From assembly GCA_965207225.1 (NCBI GenBank), contig CBDBLV010000004.1, positions 736,001-800,000 on the forward strand: a DNA stretch of 64,000 nucleotides. The letters run 5' to 3'. Each line of letters begins with the position of its first letter. Positions within the stretch are counted from its first letter, which is position 1. The translations under genes were made by a program, and so were the position numbers. The notes under the pieces are model-generated. The model searched no databases. It saw nothing but the letters and a program-made list of their open reading frames with translations, and was not told the origin of the DNA. This document shows, piece by piece, positions 1-9,882 of this stretch. Source of the stretch: Dehalococcoidia bacterium. Lineage in GTDB: Bacteria; Chloroflexota; Dehalococcoidia; Plut-88900.

Positions 1-1260
1 CAGCGCCTCAAGGGTCAGATCGCTCGTCTCGATGGCCTCGTAGAGCCTATCGAGTCGCCTCCTCACGTCCGATAGCTCCGCCTCGACGACCTCCAGCCTG
101 CCGGATATCTCTCCGGCCATGGCGTCGACCTCCTCCGCCACCATCGTCACAAGCTCGGTGATAGTCTCCTCGTTGAGGATGCGCTCCCTGATCTTCTCGA
201 CGATGAAGTCCTCGACCTTCGGGGCGCTCAGGTAGCGGGCGCTGCATGTACCCGCACCTTCGGTGGATAGAGTGCCGCAGATGTAGTAGGCGAACTGGCC
301 GCTCTTGGCTCCCTGCGCGCGATAGGACTTGCCGCAGACACCGCACCTGAGCAGGCCGCTCAGGAGATACTTGCTCCCCACCCTGCCGGGCCTCTGCATC
401 TTCGGGGCGCGCTCGCTCATCGCCTGCTGCACGTCGTCGAACAGTTCCCTCGATACCAGCGCGGGCCACGCTCCCTCAACCCTCACCGGGTCGGCGGCTT
501 CTCCGGCCTTGCTGGTCTTGCCCCATACGGCGGTTCCCGTGTACGCCTCGTTTCTCAGAACATAGTGGAGCGTTCCCTTGTACCAGCGCTTGCCCCTGTT
601 CGTGATGCCTCGGTCGTTCAACTCCTTGCATATCTCCTTGAGTCCGCTGCCCCGCAGGGACTTCTCGAATATCTCCTTCACCACAGGAGCGGTGGCCGGG
701 TCAACCTCCAGCGTGGGTCGCTCCTTCGCCCTGTCCCGCACCTTGATCTTCCTGTACCCGAAGGGGGCGTTGGAGCCGAGGAAGAAGCCCCGTGACGCGG
801 CCTCCCTCATCCCCCGGACGACCTCCTGCGCCAGGTTTTCCGAGTAATACTCGTCCACGCTCTCGATGATGCCCTCGAGCAGCCTGCCGGTCGCGTTGTC
901 CTCGGCCTGCTCGGTGATGGACACCACGCGGATGCCCTTGCGCCGCAGCTGGGCCTTGAAGGCCACGGCGTGCTCGCGCTTGCGGGTGAAGCGGCTGAAT
1001 TTCCAGACGAGGATGACATCGAAGGGAGCCTTGGGCTTGGAGCCCTCCTCGATCATCTCCCTGAACTGCGGCCTGTCGGCGACGCGGCCGCTCTCGGCCT
1101 CGTCCACGTACTCGCGGGTCACGGAATAACCGTTGGCCTTGGCGTACTCCTTGAGCGCCCGTAGCTGGGCGGATACGGACAGGTCCACGTCCTGCCGGTC
1201 GCTGGACACCCTGGCGTACAGGGCCGCCGGCGTGAGCGGCTGCAGGTGCTTCTTCTTCAT
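1..1260 (-). CDS. Large serine recombinase (resolvase + recombinase + Zn-ribbon), 3' end outside the window
   Basis: Manual translation from ATG 1260 (AAGGAGG RBS): MKKKHLQPLTPAALYARVSSDRQD..ESGRVADRPQF..VWKFSRFTR..PFGY..YLLSGLLRCGVCG..YYICG; the frame stays open to position 1. Confidence 0.95.
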   Translation of the reverse strand, partial: MKKKHLQPLTPAALYARVSSDRQDVDLSVSAQLRALKEYAKANGYSVTREYVDEAESGRVADRPQFREMIEEGSKPKAPFDVILVWKFSRFTRKREHAVAFKAQLRRKGIRVVSITEQAEDNATGRLLEGIIESVDEYYSENLAQEVVRGMREAASRGFFLGSNAPFGYRKIKVRDRAKERPTLEVDPATAPVVKEIFEKSLRGSGLKEICKELNDRGITNRGKRWYKGTLHYVLRNEAYTGTAVWGKTSKAGEAADPVRVEGAWPALVSRELFDDVQQAMSERAPKMQRPGRVGSKYLLSGLLRCGVCGKSYRAQGAKSGQFAYYICGTLSTEGAGTCSARYLSAPKVEDFIVEKIRERILNEETITELVTMVAEEVDAMAGEISGRLEVVEAELSDVRRRLDRLYEAIETSDLTLEAL

Positions 1261-1322
1261 GCTGTCCTCCTTGCCAAAGTCATCCATCTCAGCGAGTCGT
1301 CGTTCATTACCAGCGTGAACTT

Positions 1323-2159
1323 CTACCCACTGGCGAGCGCAGGATCCCTGCTTGCTTGCTCAGCCTCAAGGACTTCCAAGATCGCGGATGCCTTGTACAT
1401 GTAAGAGATTCCCGAATGTGTATCTTTGCCGGCTGGCAAGTGGCCAGCGTTAATGCCTACAAGCTTCAGGTCGCGGAATCCAGGGAAGGAGATGCCCTTT
1501 CCTGGTTTAGGCCCTTTCTGGAGTGCAAACACAGGGCTGCCTGATGAACCACCGTACGAAAACGCTTCGTAGGCGATGCATTCACCTTGATATTTGGATG
1601 ATGGGTAGTAGTCGTATCTGGGATCGCTTGATATTGTACCCGTTCGGAGTATTGGACGTCGCTGATATTTGTCATGCCACTCTGGGAATCCAGGGAAGGC
1701 CACGAAATCACAGACACTAAACTCTGATTCAAAGTCCATCCTCGTTGCGAGTAGGTCTTGAGGGATCCAATAATCAATCCTTATGTCCGAAGATCCCTTA
1801 GTCGAAGCCACAGCCGGTTCAATCAGACACGCAATGTCATTCTTTGGGACGCTGGAGTAGCTGATCCGCGTGCGGTCGATAATCACTTGCAGATCAATGT
1901 CGATGCTGGGTAGGCCAGATGCGACGTCGGTACCCTTGCCAAGAACGCGCAACTGTTGAAGCGAGTATCCGGCATACTGCGGATCCGCAAATCCTAGGTC
2001 GAGGACGTGTCGGTTTGTTACAAGTGCGGGTCTCGAGTTATCGCTCTGTACCCAGAAACCCGTTCCGGCGCATCTAACCTTGTCACCTTTGCCGCTAATG
2101 AATGTACAGACAAGCTGGTATGCGGAATACAGAAATCTGTTGTCAAGACCGTGGAACAT
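1323..2159 (-). CDS. Trypsin-like (S1) serine protease, no obvious signal peptide
   Basis: GTGFWV, VTNRHV (His), NDIACL (Asp), GSSGSPVF (Ser), LVGIN motifs. Confidence 0.85.
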   Translation of the reverse strand: MFHGLDNRFLYSAYQLVCTFISGKGDKVRCAGTGFWVQSDNSRPALVTNRHVLDLGFADPQYAGYSLQQLRVLGKGTDVASGLPSIDIDLQVIIDRTRISYSSVPKNDIACLIEPAVASTKGSSDIRIDYWIPQDLLATRMDFESEFSVCDFVAFPGFPEWHDKYQRRPILRTGTISSDPRYDYYPSSKYQGECIAYEAFSYGGSSGSPVFALQKGPKPGKGISFPGFRDLKLVGINAGHLPAGKDTHSGISYMYKASAILEVLEAEQASRDPALASG

Positions 2160-2251
2160 GGTGCCTCCAAGTAAGGAATGCAGGCCACGCCATTCCCGAG
2201 CGGGGATGACCCGGCTTGGAGAGTAGTGTTTCAGCTATCGTGCAGTAGTAG

Positions 2252-2563
2252 CTATGAAACATCCTTATCCTCCCCCACATGGGAGAAGTTGGTGATGGCG
2301 ACCTCTCCCTCGGGAAACTCGGCCACGATCTTCAGCTTCCCGCCAACAGCCTCGATGTATGACCGCAGACTGGACACGTACACGTCGGCCCTATGCTCCA
2401 GCTTGGACACGGCGGGCTGGTTCACCTTCAACAGCTTCGCCATGTCACGCTGGGTCAGCGCCCGCGCCCGGCGAAGCTCGCGCAGCGGCGTTTCGGCGAT
2501 GCGCCGTCGGCGCTCCGGCGTGAAGTCCCTGGTCAGCTCGCTGACCGGGCGGCGTCCACTCAT
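2252..2563 (-). CDS. XRE-family HTH antitoxin (HigA-like)
   Basis: LRELRRARALTQRDMAKLLKVNQPAVSKLEHRADVYVSSLRSYIEAVGGKLKIVAEFPEG; ATGA overlap with an upstream toxin relic. Confidence 0.85.
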   Translation of the reverse strand: MSGRRPVSELTRDFTPERRRRIAETPLRELRRARALTQRDMAKLLKVNQPAVSKLEHRADVYVSSLRSYIEAVGGKLKIVAEFPEGEVAITNFSHVGEDKDVS

Positions 2564-2810
2564 TCGACCAGCCCCTCCTTGCTCAGTTCTTCCACATGCT
2601 CATCATAGCTGTCGTCGGCCACCGGAGTGTACTCCTAGGAATAACTGGTCTTGCCTGTCCTGTCTCCTCCGATGAGCAGGACTGACGTTCACCTGGGGTC
2701 GTGGTCCGCCAAGATCTTGACCTTGGCGGTCACTCCGCCCTGCCAGCCTTCCGAGACCTCCCGCCGCCGCTGCCCGAACTCGTCCGTGTTCCCGACCTTC
2801 CAGGGAACAT
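2560..2810 (-). pseudogene. Degraded RelE/HigB-like toxin
   Basis: WKVGNTDEF..DPR*TSVLLIGGDRTG..*EYTPVADDSYDEHVEEL matches the N- and C-termini of HigB-like toxins; the middle is deleted and there are two in-frame stops. Confidence 0.7.
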
Positions 2811-2814
2811 ATGT

Positions 2815-2844
2815 ATTATATTCCTATAACGGAATTAAATGCAA
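2815..2844 (-). promoter_or_regulatory. Sigma70-like promoter of the TA operon with a palindromic operator-like site
   Basis: Minus strand TTGCAT-18 nt-TATAAT just upstream of ATG 2810; TTCC-TATAAC-GGAA inverted repeat (2821-2834) lies in the spacer. Confidence 0.5.
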
Positions 2845-2925
2845 TGAAGGGAACTGATCTGAGGCCGTGGAACTCTCCCGATCCAGCATCTGCCTATGAA
2901 TCGAATGTTGTATTGACCGCGCCAC

Positions 2926-3483
2926 TCATCTGACGAATGCATAGGTTGGCTCCAGCGTGTCCGGGCTGCGCCATGCCCTCCCCAGCGGCCCCGCGTTCTC
3001 CAGCGCTTCCCTGGAAGAGACCCACAGGGGCAGCTTAACGCTCGCGCGTTCCATCTCCCTTCGGGCAACGCCGAGGAAGTTCGCCTCCGCAAGGGAGTAT
3101 TCGAACACGATCAGCGCCAGCGGGCGTTCCCCGTGGTCGTCCAGCGGACGGTTGGAGGAGTAGTAGCGCAGGTATGGGGCGAGGCGGGCGGCCATGGTGG
3201 AGGGGTTCAGCGCCCTGCGCTCCCATTCGAGGAAGAAGGGCTTGGACTGCCCATTGGCGCGCACCACACCGAAGGCGTCGGGGTGGATGGAGCGCAGGCT
3301 GCCCGCAAATCTGAAGTGCCGGGCGGCGTGATGCGGCGGGGACAGCTGCGAGACCGCGCAGTTTGGCGTCCCTTCCGCCTGCCGGGCCAGCGCCGCCATG
3401 AAGCGGTGCACCGCCCGCGTGTGGTCTATGGCACGGGCCAAATGAAGTAGTTCCACTGAATCCCCCGCGTGGCTCGGGCTCAA
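2926..3483 (-). pseudogene. Replication-relaxation family protein, C-terminal fragment
   Basis: DHTRAVHRF..IHPDAFGV..FFLEWERR..LAPYLRYY (PD-(D/E)XK-like core of the Replic_Relax family); no credible start or N-terminal HTH. Confidence 0.65.
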
Positions 3484-3597
3484 ATATAAACCTCTGGTTA
3501 TTATTCACGAGCCTACCTTAAGGGCGGACATAGCCTATGGTATGGGATGCTGACCAATGCGACACACTTTTCTGCCAAGTTACTTCAGTTCAGAACA

Positions 3598-5143
3598 CTA
3601 GCACTCTAGGCCCAGACCTGAATAAACGCACATATTGAAATCGAATATAGTCGTCGCCTCGTTTCCTCCACCATCTCGCGCGGTTATAGTGACACTGTGT
3701 TTGTGCAATCCGCGTCCAGGCCAAGGCAACTCGGTGACCGGGAAAGTCACCCACCCGCTAACGCTATCTATTTCAAATTTGCCGACCAGTATCCCTTCTG
3801 AGTGGTATTCAACTTCCTCAGGTGAGACTGAGTACTCTACCATGCCACCATCCGGATCCACTGCATTTACGGTGCCAAGATCCCAGACTACGAAGCATCT
3901 TGGGCTCCGCCTGTCGCAACGTGTATGGAATTCATAGAAGGGTCTCTCAAATCTGGGGGGTTCGTCCACATTGACCAAGTTGACAACTACCAATGCAGTA
4001 TCATCCATGACCTTGTCTATCTCGCCGTATCCATCCAGACGATGGGATTCTTCTACCATGAACTCCAGAACGGTTGGGCCGTTGTCATAGTCTTCACCCA
4101 CGCCATCATAGATTATCTCACCCGATCTCCCATTGACCTTGAATCTCCCCTCAAGATCGTCTGAGACCGAGTAAGATACGACATCATCGTTAGGGTCGGA
4201 CGCTTGCAGTTCTCCTAGCGCCACGTCAGTGGCGTTCTCAAGCAAATCAAAGTAGAAAATCTTAGTTGAGAATGTAGGTGGATGGTTATGCGGAGTTGGT
4301 GTAGGGGTAGGTGTTGGCATAGGTGTAGGGGTAGAAGTAGGGACGGGCGTGGGCGTCAGAGTAGGTGCCGGCGTGGGCGTTGCAACATCAAGATTGAAAA
4401 CCAAACTCTCCTTCAGTGAAGGCAGCCTGCGTTCCAGTTCAGATACGGAAACTGCGAACCCTATGCTGCTCACTGGCCTACCGGCATCGGTTTCCTCTAT
4501 TCTGAAACCGTTGACACCGATCATCTCACCATCGCTGTTGATGAGCGGACCTCCGCTGTTGCCAGGGTTAATGGCCGCATCCGTCTGTATCAACTCAACT
4601 CCGTTTGAAGTCCTGGTAGATGAGATGATTCCACGCGTGACGGTCAGGCTCGTACCGATACTTTCCGCAATTGGGAAGCCGAGTGCAAGCACCTCGTAAC
4701 CTACGCGCGCTCCATCAGGGCCTGCAACCGTGAGAGCATCAAACCGATCGTCACCCTCTATCTTCACGAGTGCCAGGTCTGCCGTTGCTTCCTGTTCTAG
4801 AACCCGCCCATCATAGCGGCGTCCATCCGCGAGCCAGACACTTACCACGCTCTCACCAACGACGATATGCTCGCTGGTTATGACCAAGCCGTCTGAATGG
4901 ACGATGGATCCCGAGCCACTGACACCATTTGTAGTGATCCGCACTACTCCGCCCTGAACCCTCTCAATGAGTTCCGCCAGTGACGCCTTTCCCTCATCCG
5001 ATGATTTGGATATCGTCCACGACTTCAACCGATGCAGACGTGTTTGTCTCCGATCCACACCCAGTGATAATGACTATGAGTATCACAACCATCAGCAGTA
5101 CTATGCTGCCAGCGATCGGAGAGGTAGATTTCATCTCAGTCAT
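3598..5143 (-). pseudogene. Lipoprotein HtrA-like serine protease with Pro/Thr linker and two cadherin-like domains; signal peptide out of frame
   Basis: ITSEHIV, ADLALVK, TDAAINPGNSGGPL; PT-rich linker; ASDPNDD and NVDEPPRF cadherin-like motifs. The signal/lipobox (IIITGC) is in ORF 4994-5209, frameshifted near 4995-5040. Confidence 0.75.
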
Positions 5144-5394
5144 TCCCCCTTCTGTCCGATTCTCAGAAACTCGCCGCCAGTATAAGTATCTATTCCAAGC
5201 CGGAAACATCGCAGATTATACACGATAGAATGTAAAATTGGCGTGAGAATTACGGCCAATTTGCATGAGTTTATTGTGATTTTAGCGTCAGGTCTGCCTC
5301 ATTTGCCCAGGCAGCGTCCAATCCGACTCCCCATTCAACGGTCTGTCATGCAACGCGGCCAAGGGTTCTCCGCAGCCACGTAGAGCGGTAAGGG

Positions 5395-5660
5395 ATGGGC
5401 CGGAACGACGTCCAAGAACGGGAGATGCTGGCCCTCAGGAAGGGCAAGGCCGACCTGGAGACGCTGATCGACACCTCTCCCATGGGCGTGGTGGTCTTCG
5501 ACGCCAGGTCGGGAGCGCCGGTCTCCGTCAACCGGAAGATGAAAAGGATCGTGGATGGTCTGCGCAATCGGGACCAGTCAACTGAGCGCCTCTTTGAGGC
5601 GCTGACCGTCTGCCGCGCCGACGGCAGGGAGGCCTCTCTGGAGGAGCTGTCCCCAGGCCC
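5395..5660 (+). pseudogene. PAS-domain fragment of a sensor kinase
   Basis: ADLETLIDTSPMGVVVFDARSGAPVSVNR..RADGREASLEE, then the similarity degenerates. Confidence 0.6.
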
Positions 5661-5934
5661 AGGCGCTGGGTGCGGGACTGACCTCGCGCAGGGCCAGGTC
5701 AGTGACGTCGACGGCTACCGTGTTGGCTCAGGCGGAATCGGCGCTCATGTCAGCGCTAACTCTGGACTGACCCGGCAGCGCCTCTGATCGCGCGCCCAGC
5801 CGTATGATCGGTGGGCGTTGGGGCCGGACGAACTGCACGACCCTGCGGCAGTGGTCCAAGCCTGGGTGAGTGAACCCGACCTCCTACTCCTCTCCTGGAC
5901 GGGCGATGCGGAGTTGTGATCTCCGGGTATATCA

Positions 5935-6221
5935 GTGAATGGACCGGTTCCGGCAAGAATTGTAGAAGTGCAAGTCAGCGAGTGGATGGCTCCAGCCACG
6001 TCACTGCCACACCGGAGCAAGTAGTCCCGAGGGGCCGTCGGAGCCGCCTCAGAGACCAGATGTGATGTATTACCCGTGTACAGGGATTTGCGACAGTTGT
6101 AGAAATGCAAGTCGGAGGCGATTTGAACCTGAAACGGCCCCCAACCGAAGGGGGTTGCCACATCGCGGCAAGAGATCCGGTGAATGGGCGGGTTCCGGCG
6201 AAGGTTGCAGAAATACAAGTC
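5935..6221. repeat. Three imperfect direct repeats TGYAGAARTRCAAGTC
   Basis: Copies at 5961-5976, 6098-6113 and 6206-6221; the first and third extend to ~42 bp (GTGAATGG..GGTTCCGGC..). Confidence 0.75.
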
Positions 6222-6229
6222 GGAAGACC

Positions 6230-6930
6230 GGGCTGTGGGTGCGGAGGGCGGCCACGTCTGAGCTACGTCCGAGCAGGCGATTCCGGGGCTGCGCGCAGAC
6301 CACTCAGAGGATCGGCCGTCTGGCGAGCCTTTGGCGGCGTAGCGCCCGTGTACAGACGATCTCCCAGGACGGCGAGTCGCGCCAAGGTCGAATTCGGAGC
6401 GCACGGGTCAGCCTGTCGCATCGGACCACGCAATGTCATTCCGGGGTTCCCACCACCCCTGCGGGACGGTCCCAGCCATGAGATGGGGAAGATGGAACAT
6501 GGACGGCGAAGGGCGGCGTATGGGACCGGGAGAAACCGGGAATCCGCGCTGGCGGGAACGTCGAAGGGCTGACGGCGTTGGATGGGACGATACTGGGTCT
6601 GGGCAATCCGGGCGCTCAACTCAGACATGGCGCGCGTGCCCGGGATCGCACAGAGGCCCCCCTCACAGGGTCAGCCGTCAAGAGGGCCTCTGGCGGCGCC
6701 CTACCCGTGTACAGGCGATCGATTGGAACGGCAAGTTGCATGTTGGGCGATTTCGTAGCTGAAAACGGGGTGAGTCGGCCAATCTGCCACATTGGAGCAA
6801 GCGATTCGATTCCGGGGCTCGTTCCACGGTGGCTGGACAGTCGCAGCTACGAAAGTGGACAAAGCGCCGGTGGCCTGACCGGGCGGGAGTGGACAGCCGC
6901 AGCTACGAAAGTGGACAAAGCGCCGGTGAG
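6230..6930 (+). repeat. Repeat family units A and B (~350 bp each)
   Basis: Core CCCGTGTACAG at 6345 and 6704; shared TTCCGGGG and GGAC..CAGC blocks; unit B ends in a 39-bp direct repeat (6834-6872 and 6890-6928). Confidence 0.75.
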
Positions 6931-7289
6931 GGCTGGGGACGCGCTGAGAACGGGGTTCGAGGCCGCAAATCCGGCCGCTCTGTCCCCGCGCTCGGCCTAC
7001 GCGGGCGGTCAGAGAGAAGCGCCGATACGGGACGCCGCAGGTCTGATGCGTCAGACTACAATCACCCAAGGCGACAATCGCCCCCTGAGGCTTGTAAGGA
7101 GAACCGGAATACATTGCAGAGTGCAATCTAGGTGAGAATCGTACCTCTCTGAAGGGGAATAAGGGGAGGCCCGAAGGGGATCCTGCAAGTGAATTAACTG
7201 CGGGTCCGTGTCGGATTTATTGTAGTGATTGTATTGCGCTTATTGTAGTTTCGGACGCCTGGCGGCTGACCGTGACGAGCCTGTCGCGA

Positions 7290-7465
7290 ATGGGTCTAAG
7301 CGTTCCGGCGACAGCACGAATGTCCGCCTGTCGGACGCCTCCTTGCTGGACCTGCTGGACGCCCTGGTCAATGACCGGGGCAGGGTCGGCGCGGCGGAGG
7401 CCCCGGGGGTGAACTGCCGCATGTTGGCGGCGCGCTGCGACTCCCGCCGCGTATCCCGGCGTAGT
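7290..7465 (+). pseudogene. Truncated paralog of the HTH/coiled-coil gene
   Basis: LLDLLDALVNDRGRVGAAEAPGVNCRML..DSRRVSRR aligns with LMALLRDMIEAEDRTKAAERLGVSYRTV..ESGRLTAR. Confidence 0.55.
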
Positions 7466-7591
7466 GGACCGCGGACGGTCTCCCGGGCGAGGATGCGCAG
7501 CCCGCGCTGGCGGGTCTCACGCGGCCCGTCTATGGATGCCTTCCGCTGGCCCTTCTCAGCCCGCTCCTCGCCGCGGCTCTCGACGCCAAGC

Positions 7592-7960
7592 GGATGGGAC
7601 TGCGCTGGGCCCGGCGGGTCTGTCTCTCAGCTTGGGCATGGGGCGCGAGCGGGATCGCCGACGCTCCCGGGCACGCGCAGAGGCCCCCCTCCCGAGGCCT
7701 GATATTTGGAGCGCCCGTTGTGGTGTACTACCCGTGTACAGGAGATCGATCGGAACGACAACTTGCGGGGAGAGCGATTTCGTAGCTGAAATCGGGGTGA
7801 ATGGGGCATCCCGCCACATCGGAGCAAGCGCTTCGTATCCGGGGCGGGTTCCACGGGAACCGGACAGCCGTAGCTTTGGAAATTGACAAACGTCAATCGC
7901 GGGCGGGACGCGAAAGTGGACAGCGGCAGCAGTGGAAATTGACAGACGTCAATCGGGAGA
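7592..7960 (+). repeat. Repeat family unit C
   Basis: CCCGTGTACAGGAGATCG at 7731; ends in two TTGACA(A/G)ACGTCAATCG repeats at 7883 and 7939; homologous to 6580-6930 and, inverted, to 53250-53614. Confidence 0.8.
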
Positions 7961-7965
7961 GCGAG

Positions 7966-8799
7966 ATGGCGAAAGAAGAGGAGTTCTACCCCGATTCCAG
8001 CCGGAGCCTGGAGAGTCTCCGGCTGGTGCGGCTCATGGCGCTGCTGCGGGACATGATCGAGGCCGAGGACAGGACGAAGGCGGCAGAGCGTCTGGGCGTC
8101 AGCTACCGGACCGTGTCCAGGGCCATCGAGTCTGGCAGGCTGACCGCGCGGATGAGCGCCGCGCTGGAGCGACACCTGCTGCTGGGGGGCGGCTCGGCAG
8201 CCGCGCGGCAGCGTGAGAGGGTAGAGGCTCTTACCGAGCGTGTGGCGTCGCTGGAGGAGAGGCTTGGGACTAGCCTCGAAGCGATTGAGAGCAGATGCGA
8301 GACGACCGGGGAGGAGCAAGCGAAGGCCATCCGGCAACTGGAGCGCCGGCTGGAGCGGCTGGAGTCGGCGAATGACGCGGGAGGAGCGTCGACAGATGCC
8401 GATCCGGACGAGAGACCAACGCCCGCGCCGCCGTGGAGGGAGTACCGCGAACTGGTGACTGAGGAGGCCGAACCCGGCGAGGAGGGTGTGTACGGCGAAG
8501 CCACGCCACTTATCGTGGAGTGGCGCAGGGCAACGGTCGAGCGCAAGCGGACCGCGGCGACTGGTACGGCGCTGGAGAGGGTCGAGGCGAGGATACGCGC
8601 GCTGGAGCTGGAGATAGAGCTGATCGACACCCACGAGCTGACTCTGCCGCCCGACACGTACCCCTGGGACCGGTCGGACCGGCGCGAGCAGCTCCGGCGC
8701 AGGAGGCGGTCTCTGGAGAACGCGCGCGTGGAGCGAAGCCGGGCGCTGCTGCGGCGGTGGCTGCGGCGCGTTCTGACCTTCGGACTGTGGAGGAAGTAG
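7966..8799 (+). CDS. Hypothetical protein with N-terminal HTH and long coiled coil
   Basis: AAERLGVSYRTVSRAIE HTH; heptad-rich middle; basic C-terminus WLRRVLTFGLWRK; closely similar inverted paralog at 52407-53267. Confidence 0.75.
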   Translation: MAKEEEFYPDSSRSLESLRLVRLMALLRDMIEAEDRTKAAERLGVSYRTVSRAIESGRLTARMSAALERHLLLGGGSAAARQRERVEALTERVASLEERLGTSLEAIESRCETTGEEQAKAIRQLERRLERLESANDAGGASTDADPDERPTPAPPWREYRELVTEEAEPGEEGVYGEATPLIVEWRRATVERKRTAATGTALERVEARIRALELEIELIDTHELTLPPDTYPWDRSDRREQLRRRRRSLENARVERSRALLRRWLRRVLTFGLWRK

Positions 8800-9882
8800 G
8801 GGCGGTTCCAGCGCCTGCCACATGGCCGCCACAAAGCTGCCACGTCGCAGCAAGCGATCTGGGGTCGAAGGGGCGATTCGACGTTTCTGGGCTTCCATTC
8901 GCCCGTCCGCTCGGGCCATAATCGACCCAGTTTCTGGCTTTTTCCAGTGTTTCATGCCGAGAAAACTGGAGGGTCAGTCCCTGACCCGGAGCGACCTGAT
9001 GGATCGAGCCCCGCTCTCCCGACGGAGTTCCACGAGGGACGAACGCTTCCCGCTGCGTGACGCGGTCTAGGGGTCGAGCTCCGCTCCTCCGACACCGCCT
9101 CGAAAGCAGGTACACGCTGGTTGAAGCGCAGGTAACGCTTCTCCCGGTTCTACATGCCTGCGGCATGGCTGTGAGTTGGTCGGACCGCGGCTTCCACACG
9201 CGCCCGTCTGCCACTCGCAGACCGGCCCCTCATGTCTTCCGCTGCGTTCCCGGGATGCGTTGCGCCCTTGGCGAGCCGCGCTCTTCATGCCCCGCCGTCC
9301 TGTGTTCAATTCGCAGGAGGCCGGTCGCACATCCCACTCAGTAGATTCCCGGAAGGTCCCCTCCCAACGATGTGACCCTGGGCCGAACTGCGTCTTGTTT
9401 CACCCCAATGTCCGATCTCGGCTTCTAGCAATGGGCGTCTTCGGAACGGCATGGGACTCACGGAAGTCAACGATGACGGCGGCGGCAACGGCAACACGAT
9501 GAGCTTCAGCAAGGAGGTCGCAACGACCATGGCGACATTGGCAACCGGAACTCGGACGACGGACACAACGGCGCGGCGCGGACGCAGCCTCGAATATCTG
9601 GTGGACAGGCTGATGGCCACGCGGCTGAGCGAGGAGACCCAGACGGCGTCTCCCACGACAACGCAGAGCTTGGCGCGCTCAGTCCACGACGCGCGGCGAC
9701 TCAGCCAGGCGAGGCTCTATACGTAGGCTTGGCCTCCCCACGCGGGGACGCTGGACCGGCCACTCGCCTCAACGGCAACAACAACACCCAAACAGACAGT
9801 CCCGGCCACCGGGACGTGGAACCACGCGGGACTGTCTCCGACACGGGGGCCGTCTCGCTTTTTCATTACAGGAGGAAGCGAT

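Noticed and set aside
6834-6928. 39-bp direct repeat pair as a mini CRISPR array
   Set aside because: Only two repeats with a 17-nt spacer, no cas genes, and part of a larger repeat unit.
7627-8955. Long antisense or alternate-frame ORFs (also 17821-18567, 26276-27151, 45362-46150, 59791-60615)
   Set aside because: Shadows of real genes in GC-rich DNA, with no motifs or RBS.
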